A stretch of DNA of 64,000 nucleotides from Theionarchaea archaeon (GTDB taxonomy: Archaea; Methanobacteriota_B; Thermococci; Methanofastidiosales; SZ-28-30). Of this stretch, positions 57,236 to 64,000 are shown in pieces (within the stretch, counting starts at the first letter, position 1; each line of letters begins with the position of its first letter). A program made the translations under genes and the position numbers. The notes beneath the pieces are model-generated. The model was given only the letters and a program-made list of their open reading frames with translations, was not told the DNA's origin and did no database searches. Where the stretch lies: assembly GCA_018992685.1 (NCBI GenBank), contig JACVGT010000008.1:3257-67256 (forward strand), read 5' to 3'.

Positions 57236-57880
57236 TCAGTTTCTTTTTTCAATATTGAGAGCCTTTCGAACCGCTTCTGCATGTATTTTTCCTGCTTCGT
57301 GAATGGAGCCCCTGGGACCTGACGATGATTGACAGTAGTACTGAGAGAGAAGTCCTGCTTTTTGGCACGCTTCTTCTGCAGGCACTCCCACCAGGTTCTT
57401 AGCAACAAAATCTGCATCCCCACATCGAGTATGGCACACGACAGTAACCTGAGTTATGACATCATCGTGGACGGTAATGGAGAAGGAAGGTGCTCCAAAC
57501 TCCTGCCGGAACTCCTGGATGACTGAATTCTTTGAAGGGGGGATCACACAGCAGGGCTTCAGAACCCCCACCAGGAGAGAGTTAATCTCATGGTAGCCCG
57601 GAGGCAGGGGTGCTTTGCTGTACGGCATCAGCAGGACGCTCCTTTTTGACTTCAGAAGATCAATGACAGCCAGGTTGATATCAGGGTGAAGGGCATACGA
57701 GAGGACGAGATCACAGTCACAGAACACTGGTAGCTCTACAGCATCGTTCTCCATCAAAGGAGGAAGGTTCTCACTGATATCCCAGGTTTGGGCGAGTAGG
57801 TTCTTCTTCCCATGCGTCACGAGCGTCTCCTTCACCACTTTACCAAGGTTCCCCCTGGTAATCAGGCATACCCTGTTCAT
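57236..57880 (-). CDS. Hypothetical Cys-rich protein, DUF166-like
   Basis: 214 aa. Conserved Cys positions (FCDCD, KPCCVIP, VVCHTRCGDADF, YYCQ). Resembles the archaeal DUF166 family. Confidence 0.35.
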   Translation of the reverse strand: MNRVCLITRGNLGKVVKETLVTHGKKNLLAQTWDISENLPPLMENDAVELPVFCDCDLVLSYALHPDINLAVIDLLKSKRSVLLMPYSKAPLPPGYHEINSLLVGVLKPCCVIPPSKNSVIQEFRQEFGAPSFSITVHDDVITQVTVVCHTRCGDADFVAKNLVGVPAEEACQKAGLLSQYYCQSSSGPRGSIHEAGKIHAEAVRKALNIEKRN

Positions 57881-58196
57881 TACCGATATATTCAGCCATC
57901 ACCTTAAATGACTTTCTGAAAAAATGGAAGAAAGCCGCATTGAAAATTCCGCCAACGATGCATTGCAAGTAAAATGTGTAAATCCTTAACAAACTCAAGC
58001 GAAAACTATATAAGGGGAAACATTTATGTAAGTCTGCCCAAGACAGTACCTCAGTCTCTCATCCGTATCGGGGTCGTGCCGGAAGGTGGAGGAAAGCCTT
58101 TATTACGACCCCCATTTCTTTTTTGTGATTGGTTTATAAGCGTGTGATCATGATGGTCAGCTACCTACAAGGGGACGTTCTTGTATGCCTCTGCAG

Positions 58197-59069
58197 TTAT
58201 TCTTGTAAACTTCTTCTGTTGAATATCCAGAATAGAATCACTGCTCCTGCCAGCAAGACCAGCACCACAATGAGGGGGGACATGGGGTACGTATTTTGTT
58301 TTTCTTCAGTAGGTGTTCCTTGATTTTCTGCTGCTTCTTCTGCTTTCCCTTCTACCGGTTCTCGGCCCCCTTCAACTTCTCCTTCCTGAGCAAATCCAGT
58401 CAAAGGGACGAAGCGCACATCGCTGATGTGACTGGTAAACATCTCACCATTTCGCTTTTCAACAAGGGTAAGAGCCTGGTAGTAGAGTGGGTTGCCCAGA
58501 GGGAGGATCAGCCTGCCCCCCTCCTTGAGCTGGCTCACCAGAGGAGGAGGAATGTGGTCCACAGCAGCCGTGATTATCACAGCATCATATGGGCCGTTTT
58601 CTTCCCATCCAAAGTATCCATCTGCATTCCTGACACTGACATTACGATACCCCAGCTCACTCAGAACAGTTTCAGCTCTCTGGGCCAGCTCAGGGATGAT
58701 TTCAATCGTGTACACGTGGTGGACGATTTCTGCAAGCACAGCGGCCTGGTACCCGGAACCCGTACCCACCTCCAGGACGGTCTCATCCCCTTTAAGCTGC
58801 AGAGAAGAGGTCATGAGAGCCACAATATAGGGCTGAGATATGGTCTGTCCATATCCGATAGGAAGTGGATAGTCGGCATACGCCTGACTTCGGAGATCTT
58901 CCGGCACAAACTGGTGACGGGGCACTGTTATCATGGCGCTGATCGTCCTGGAATCAGTGATTCCCCGAGAGAGGATCTGTCTCTCCACCATGTCATGTCT
59001 CTGCTCCGTATACCCATCTGCGGCCATCAATACTAAGAAAGTAAGTACGATCCCGAGAACGACTTTCAT
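58197..59069 (-). CDS. pcm: Protein-L-isoaspartate O-methyltransferase with an N-terminal signal/TM and a C-terminal acidic linker plus TM anchor. Probable start MKVVLGIV; the track ORF extends to 59174.
   Basis: '[15 protein letters not shown]...[16 protein letters not shown]...[12 protein letters not shown]' is PIMT. N-terminal '[19 protein letters not shown]'. C-terminal '[29 protein letters not shown]...[22 protein letters not shown]'. Confidence 0.8.
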   Translation of the reverse strand: MKVVLGIVLTFLVLMAADGYTEQRHDMVERQILSRGITDSRTISAMITVPRHQFVPEDLRSQAYADYPLPIGYGQTISQPYIVALMTSSLQLKGDETVLEVGTGSGYQAAVLAEIVHHVYTIEIIPELAQRAETVLSELGYRNVSVRNADGYFGWEENGPYDAVIITAAVDHIPPPLVSQLKEGGRLILPLGNPLYYQALTLVEKRNGEMFTSHISDVRFVPLTGFAQEGEVEGGREPVEGKAEEAAENQGTPTEEKQNTYPMSPLIVVLVLLAGAVILFWIFNRRSLQE

Positions 59070-59254
59070 GTATAGATATAGGAAGAGACGTCTAAAAAGG
59101 ATTTGGATAGTTGCCGGTGTGAGACCCTCTCCAGAACATGGATGGTGAAGGACATCGTACCAGTCATATCTCAAGGAGTGGAGATGACCACCTGTGGATG
59201 AGAAGGTAAAGAGCTCATGAGGTGTTTTCTCCTTCTGTCATCAACTGAGCCCTC

Positions 59255-60367
59255 CTAGGATTGCTTGATGGCCTCAACCACAGCATCTCCTACCTGTGAG
59301 CATCGAGCTTCTCCTCCCAGGTCGTACGTGAGTGGTTTTCCCCTTTGAAGAACAGAGCCCACAGCCTTCTCCACAGCCCCTGCAGCCTCTTTCGCCCTGT
59401 CATCAGACTTCTTCTCGCCCAAATAAGAGAGCATCATCTGAACTGAAAGAATACTGGCTATAGGGTTTGCTTTGTCTTGACCCGCATACTTGGGAGCAGA
59501 GCCATGAACAGGCTCAAACATGGCATGGCTGTCACCAATATTGGCAGAAGCAGCCATTCCCATTCCCCCCTGTAGTACTGATGCCAGATCTGTGGCAATG
59601 TCTCCCAGCATATTAGAAGTAACAGCGACATCATAAAATTCCGGGTTCCGAATAATCCACTGAGTGAAAGCGTCGATGTATGAATAATCCCTCTCTACAG
59701 GGTATGTAGGAGCGATCTCATCATAGACCTGTCTGAAGAGCTGACATCCATTCATGACATTGCTCTTGTCCACACAGGTCACCCGTCGCTTCCCATCTTT
59801 GGGCGCCCCTTTTCGGTTCATGCACAATTTAAATGCAAATCGGATAACTCTTTCACAGCCCTTTCTGGTGATAATCCTGGAATCCACCGCCAGCTCTGTT
59901 ATTCCTCCTCTCTTCAAGAATCCCCTGGTAGGAGTGTAGCAGCCCTCAGTGTTCTCTCTGACAATAACAAAGTCAACACTCTCTGGCTTCCAGACCTGCC
60001 TGAACTCGTTGCAGATTCTGTGCCTGACACCCGGATAGAGTTTCGTGGGCCTCACATTCGCATACAGATCCAGCCCGAACCGAAGACCAAAAACAACTCC
60101 AGCTCCCGCCAGGTTTCCATCAGGAAGGGTTGCACCAGGCCATCCGATGGCTCCCAGTACAACGGCATCAGCCTTTTTACAATCTTCAAAGGCCTCATCA
60201 GCGCATTCTTTCCCCGTCTCAAGATAGTATTGACCGCCACAAGAATATGATTCACAGTGAAAAGAAATCCCATAATGATCAGAAACTGCTTCCAGAACCT
60301 TCCTTCCTTCACGGGTGACCTCACGGCCCACGCCATCTCCTGGCAAAAAAATGATGCGGTAACTCAT
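59255..60367 (-). CDS. Isocitrate/3-isopropylmalate/tartrate dehydrogenase-family protein
   Basis: 370 aa. 'IIFLPGDGVGREV', 'NLAGAG', and an 'NLFGDILSD'-type 'NMLGDIATD' with a Gly-rich tail. Confidence 0.8.
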   Translation of the reverse strand: MSYRIIFLPGDGVGREVTREGRKVLEAVSDHYGISFHCESYSCGGQYYLETGKECADEAFEDCKKADAVVLGAIGWPGATLPDGNLAGAGVVFGLRFGLDLYANVRPTKLYPGVRHRICNEFRQVWKPESVDFVIVRENTEGCYTPTRGFLKRGGITELAVDSRIITRKGCERVIRFAFKLCMNRKGAPKDGKRRVTCVDKSNVMNGCQLFRQVYDEIAPTYPVERDYSYIDAFTQWIIRNPEFYDVAVTSNMLGDIATDLASVLQGGMGMAASANIGDSHAMFEPVHGSAPKYAGQDKANPIASILSVQMMLSYLGEKKSDDRAKEAAGAVEKAVGSVLQRGKPLTYDLGGEARCSQVGDAVVEAIKQS

Positions 60368-60514
60368 GGTTAATATATGGGAGATGCCTTTTTAATGTAT
60401 GCGGTCATGGCACCCTACCATCAGGATGTCTTTTCTCTTTTTCCCGCGGGCTGTGCTCTCCTCTGACAATCCATAACTCACTGTCCCTGCTGGCATTCCT
60501 GCTGACACACAGAG

Positions 60515-61099
60515 TTACTCAAAGAACCTGTTCAACCGATAGTCCACCTGCAGTATCTCCAATTCTCTCTCCAGCAGAGAGAGCTGTTTCTTGTCCAGAA
60601 CAGCGGGATTCAGAGGGATGATCAACGTTGCCCTGCTAAGGATGATCCGGTCATTCAATGATTGCAGAAATTTCAGAGTGCTCTCAAACGAGTTCTGGAG
60701 GGCTATGTACTCTATTCCATCAAGCAGAATCACTGCTTTCTCATTCTGAGAGACAAATTCTTGAACGAAATATTCCAGCTTTTCCAGATCAGAGGGATCA
60801 ATACTGCCTTCTGTCTTCTCACGGCTCAACCACAAAAAGATGTCTTTATCCATCTTGTATTTCTGACGGATTTTATCGGGGAACGTACGTGTAATTATCA
60901 TTCCCTTGGAGGACTGCTTTTCTCTTATCTTCTCGTAGGCTTCGAATCCCTTTTTTGTATCCTTTGTTTTCAGAATATAGGAAGCACCAAGATCATCAGT
61001 AAATCGGAGCGGTTCTCTCCTCCTCATGTGTTTCGCTACCCAAAAGGCTGCGATTCCCGCTGCGATAGCTATAACTGCAAGACCTACATAGGTTTTCAA
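60515..61099 (-). CDS. DUF835-domain protein with an N-terminal TM
   Basis: TM 'VGLAVIAIAAGIAAFWV'. 'AVILLDGIEYIALQNSFESTLKFLQSL...LIIPLNPAVLDKKQLSLLERE' is characteristic of archaeal DUF835. Confidence 0.6.
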   Translation of the reverse strand: MKTYVGLAVIAIAAGIAAFWVAKHMRRREPLRFTDDLGASYILKTKDTKKGFEAYEKIREKQSSKGMIITRTFPDKIRQKYKMDKDIFLWLSREKTEGSIDPSDLEKLEYFVQEFVSQNEKAVILLDGIEYIALQNSFESTLKFLQSLNDRIILSRATLIIPLNPAVLDKKQLSLLERELEILQVDYRLNRFFE

Positions 61100-61320
61100 G
61101 TACCGTCACCTGTGATTCCCTATGATCCAGTGATATTTAAATGCTACCAATAGAGCTTTCTCTGTTGTGGTTTTCGCAGTGAGACGGGTGTTGACCGAGA
61201 TTTCATTGTCACTATGCTTATCCTGCAGGAGAGAATCCAAGATAGAAGGGGTTTCCATCAGGTTTGACTGGGTGTAACCAAAACCTTTTTTATGAAGCGA
61301 AGTAAGTAAACCAAAAAGAG

Positions 61321-62619
61321 GTGAGAGCTATGAAAAAGTTGTACATTCAGGGTCTGAAAAACAAAATCGGACAGACGGTGGAGTTGACCGCCTGGGTGCA
61401 CCGGAAGAGGACTCATGGTAGTCTGCTGTTTCTGGTACTCAGAGACTCCTCAGGAACAGTCCAGGCATCAATAAAGAAAGACCAGTGCGGGGAGGAACCC
61501 TTCAATAACGCCTGCGCCGTCACCCTTGAATCGATAGTTACCGTCAAGGGAGTGGTGGTGGAGGACAGGAGAGCTCCTGCTGGCATAGAGATTCGGGTGA
61601 GCAACTTCAATAGCTTGAGCCTCTCCGAGGAATTCCCCCTGCAAGAGGATACAGGGCTGGAAGTCCTCCTGGACCACAGACATCTGCACCTGAGGAGCAT
61701 CAGACTGACCAACATCATGAAGGCGCGGCACTACCTTCTTCAATACCTGAGGGAATTTTTCATCAAAGACACGTTCTGGGAAGTCTATCCTCCCATTCTG
61801 ACGGTTGCTGGGTGTGAAGGTGGTTCTACTTTGTTTAGTCTGGATTACTATGGGGATACGGTGTACCTGTCCCAGTCCGCTCAGCTGTACCTTGAGGCGT
61901 TGATTCTTTCCCTCGAGAAGGTGTATGCCTTTACCCCCTCATTCAGGGCAGAGAAATCGAGGACTCCAAAGCACGTGACAGAATACTGGCACCTGGAACA
62001 GGAAGCCTCGTTCTATGACAATGAGGACAACATGACGTTTCAGGAGAACATGATCAGCTACGTGTGCCAGAGAATGGCTGACCAGCACGGAGACCTTGTC
62101 AGGGAACTGGGGAGAGACCCCGACTACTTGAAGAATGTGAAACCACCCTTCTATCGTGTGACCTATGATGAAGCACTTGAGAGGCTGGCAGATGCCGGCA
62201 TCGAGAAGGAGTGGGGAGATGACCTGGGAACTGAGGATGAATTCGCACTGACTGAGGAACTGGACAAGCCGCTGTTCGTGTGGAGATGGCCCAAGACTGC
62301 AAAGCCATTCTACATGAAGCTCGACCCCCAAAACGAGGAATACGTGCTGAACGATGATTTGCTGGCGCCAGAGGGTCACTCAGAGCTGATAGGAGGTTCT
62401 CAGAGAATACATGACTATGATGAACTGGTGCAGCGGATAGAAGAAGAGCATATGGACCCTGCGGCTTACCAGTGGTATATTGACCTGAGAAAATACGGGA
62501 GTGCTCCTCATTCGGGATTCGGGTTGGGGACAGAACGGCTGCTAAAGTGGATGCTCAACCTGGAACACATCAGAGATGTTATCCCCTTCCCCAGGACACC
62601 GCGGAGATACTACCCTTAA
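61321..62619 (+). CDS. asnS: Asparaginyl-tRNA synthetase (class IIb), chosen over AspRS
   Basis: 432 aa. 'YLSQSAQLYLEALI...TPSFRAEKSRTPKHVTEYWHLE' matches the AsnRS signature (SFRAEKS.T.RHL.E(F/Y)W) rather than AspRS (FRAEEH.T.RHL). A GAGGTGA Shine-Dalgarno lies 6 nt upstream. Confidence 0.75.
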   Translation: MRAMKKLYIQGLKNKIGQTVELTAWVHRKRTHGSLLFLVLRDSSGTVQASIKKDQCGEEPFNNACAVTLESIVTVKGVVVEDRRAPAGIEIRVSNFNSLSLSEEFPLQEDTGLEVLLDHRHLHLRSIRLTNIMKARHYLLQYLREFFIKDTFWEVYPPILTVAGCEGGSTLFSLDYYGDTVYLSQSAQLYLEALILSLEKVYAFTPSFRAEKSRTPKHVTEYWHLEQEASFYDNEDNMTFQENMISYVCQRMADQHGDLVRELGRDPDYLKNVKPPFYRVTYDEALERLADAGIEKEWGDDLGTEDEFALTEELDKPLFVWRWPKTAKPFYMKLDPQNEEYVLNDDLLAPEGHSELIGGSQRIHDYDELVQRIEEEHMDPAAYQWYIDLRKYGSAPHSGFGLGTERLLKWMLNLEHIRDVIPFPRTPRRYYP

Positions 62620-62640
62620 TTTCCTTTTTTTCTTGAGGTG
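62620..62640 (+). terminator. Oligo-T terminator after asnS
   Basis: taatttcctttttttcttgagg. Confidence 0.4.
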
Positions 62641-62790
62641 AAGTGACTCTTCCTGCTGCATCTTCTGAACCCAGTATTCCCGAGAAACCGGTTATAATCA
62701 GCATCAATTTGGAGTAGCGTGACCAGTCTCTCTGTATTCCTGACCACAAGAGAGAGCTTTGGGATTTCCTGCCATTCATTGCCTTCCAGG

Positions 62791-62883
62791 CAATCCTCCT
62801 TCCGGCAATCCTCCTTCATCCTCCTTCAGTCTGGATCTGGTTTCGTATCACCCATGCTTTTTCCTCCTTCAGTCTGGATCTGG
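62791..62883. repeat. Short direct-repeat cluster. A 20-bp perfect direct repeat (ctccttcagtctggatctgg) occurs twice, plus four copies of a cctccttc/caatcctccttc motif.
   Basis: Seen directly at 62821-62840 and 62864-62883. caatcctccttc occurs at 62791 and 62806. The cluster lies in a 700-bp non-coding gap. Confidence 0.5.
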
Positions 62884-63337
62884 CCTGGTATCCCCAAAAG
62901 GGCGCAACAGAAATCCAGACACCATGGACCTGGGTCCAACCATGTCCTCATCCAAAAGTAGTATCCCTCTGCCACCATCACTTCTTCTCAATGAAGTTTT
63001 TCTGATCATTGTTTTTTCCTCCTAAGCTCACGTTCTTCCAAATGGAAGATACATCATATGAATATCCTTAGAGGGACTATTTATATCTTTCAGTCTGAGT
63101 ATAACTGGGAGGAATGTACGATGAAGAATTACTCTTTCAGACTTTTTCTTCCAGCAGCCAGCGCGCAAACCGCAGAAGATCCTTCTCAATTACATCAACT
63201 TGCAGTTCGTTCTTCTGCAGCCAGTGGGGCATCCGTTCCTTCTGCATTGTGTCAATGGCGCCCATGATTTCTCCCATGGTTCGCATATCACCGTTGTTCG
63301 GGTAAAGGTTTAAAAGCCTTTCTAATTACCCACATGT

Positions 63338-64000
63338 ATGCTCTCACAGATCATTTTAACCCCCTGGGAAGCCAGGCGGCTGATTGCCAAGGCTGTGGTC
63401 CAGCTTCCCCCCGTAAAGCACGCATTACGCCAAGGTATCGTCTGCATTGCCAGAGGAACCACCACCTCATACATTGTGGAAGAGCTTTCAGGCCCAATCA
63501 AGAAGGAGGAGTATTGTATTGGGTGTATTGGCCCTGAAAGACTGTGTCTGGTTCCAGAAAAGAACAGACTACCAGAAATCGCATACATACATGGAACTCC
63601 TCAAGAAATTGCCTCAAAAGATATTGTCAAAGACATGGGATCAGGAGATGTCTTCATCAAAGGGGCAAATGCTGTTGACCCCGACTTTGAAGCGGGTATC
63701 CTGCTGGGAAGTGCTGTGGGCGGAACCATAGGAAGTGCTATTGGAGCACTATATGCCAAAGGAATTCATTTTGTCATCCCTGTAGGGCTGGAGAAACTGG
63801 TTCCTTTCTCAGTGCGGAAAGCCAAAACGTTCACTGGATTCACGCGAGTAGACTCCTCCATGGGGATGGCCGTGGGATTGTTCCCTGTGGTGGGCACTGT
63901 TGTGACAGAAATCCAGGCACTGGAGCAGATGGGTGTGACAGCGGTACCCATTGCAGCAGGTGGATGCAATGGAGCTGAAGGTGCTTCCATTCTGGCCATC
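63338..64000 (+). CDS. Hypothetical protein, 3'-truncated at the window end (not in the track because no stop is reached)
   Basis: The frame is open from ATG ~63338 to the window end. Hand translation gives 'MLSQIILTPWEARRLIAKAVVQLPPVKHALRQGIVCIARGTTTSYIVEEL...GILLGSAVGGTIGSAIGALYAKGIHFVIPVGLEKLVP...', a Gly-rich alpha/beta-type sequence with no family assigned. Confidence 0.45.
   Translation, partial: MLSQIILTPWEARRLIAKAVVQLPPVKHALRQGIVCIARGTTTSYIVEELSGPIKKEEYCIGCIGPERLCLVPEKNRLPEIAYIHGTPQEIASKDIVKDMGSGDVFIKGANAVDPDFEAGILLGSAVGGTIGSAIGALYAKGIHFVIPVGLEKLVPFSVRKAKTFTGFTRVDSSMGMAVGLFPVVGTVVTEIQALEQMGVTAVPIAAGGCNGAEGASILAI

Noticed and set aside
61321-62619. Aspartyl-tRNA synthetase call
   Set aside because: Class IIb core fits both AspRS and AsnRS. 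The motif 'SFRAEKSRTPKHVTEYWHLE' and 'QSAQ' loop match AsnRS rather than AspRS (FRAEEH..RHL, QSPQ), so I called asnS.
62791-62883. Possible CRISPR array
   Set aside because: Only two copies of a 20-bp repeat plus short sub-motifs. Irregular spacing and no cas genes. Reported as a simple direct-repeat cluster instead.

Overview
This is a 64 kb archaeal chromosomal segment with about 65 tightly packed genes on both strands. Archaeal hallmarks are a tRNA-Arg(CCU) carrying a 63-nt anticodon-loop intron, archaeal-type GluRS and AsnRS, an ether-lipid module (DGGGP synthase, geranylgeranyl reductase), pyruvoyl-dependent arginine decarboxylase, Sec11-type signal peptidases, Lrp/AsnC regulators, RNase HII, and oligo-T terminators. 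No rRNA, CRISPR array or obvious mobile element is present.

Recognisable content in order:
- a 5'-truncated winged-helix regulator, a PRC-barrel protein, and an orphan sucC with no adjacent sucD
- a secreted four-fold tandem-repeat protein
- a short-chain dehydrogenase, two MFS transporters, and a thrombospondin-type-3-repeat surface protein with a C-terminal anchor
- BtpA, a PIN-ATPase-KH protein, and a citDEF citrate-lyase-like cluster followed by two HD-domain proteins and an MmgE/PrpD protein
- a thioredoxin-reductase-like flavoprotein, Lrp, a GT2 glycosyltransferase, and an operon of a GNAT plus an atypical radical-SAM-like protein
- tandem signal peptidases, a Nudix hydrolase, a SAM methyltransferase, a SpoIIM/DUF95 protein and pdaD
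- a six-gene RDD / membrane / DUF4129 / DUF4350 / MoxR / DUF58 cluster
- gltX, a secreted glycoside hydrolase, a RACo-like ferredoxin-ASKHA activase, and rnhB
- a membrane-tethered winged-helix regulator with a DUF4349 partner, a HAD phosphatase and a stand-alone RAM-domain protein
- an unannotated 52-aa ferredoxin translationally coupled to the geranylgeranyl reductase, followed by DGGGP synthase and a lipid kinase
- a locus with a tandem DUF4388-like protein, two CrtC/AttH-like paralogs, a 687-aa metallophosphoesterase and a CrtI/amine-oxidase-type flavoprotein
- a signal-peptide-bearing PIMT, an IDH/IPMDH-family dehydrogenase, a DUF835 protein, asnS and a 3'-truncated hypothetical ORF.

Most novel, in my judgement: the candidate isoprenoid/lipid-chain modification locus next to the ether-lipid genes, the citDEF-like cluster that lacks its holo-ACP maturation genes, the GNAT plus atypical Fe-S enzyme pair, and several uncharacterised secreted repeat proteins.

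CDS coordinates follow the supplied ORF track, with probable internal starts noted. My hand count of the printed bases near 47.2-47.5 kb differs from the track coordinates by one position, so elements I located by hand (the tRNA, ORFs under 60 aa, motifs) may be off by 1-2 nt.
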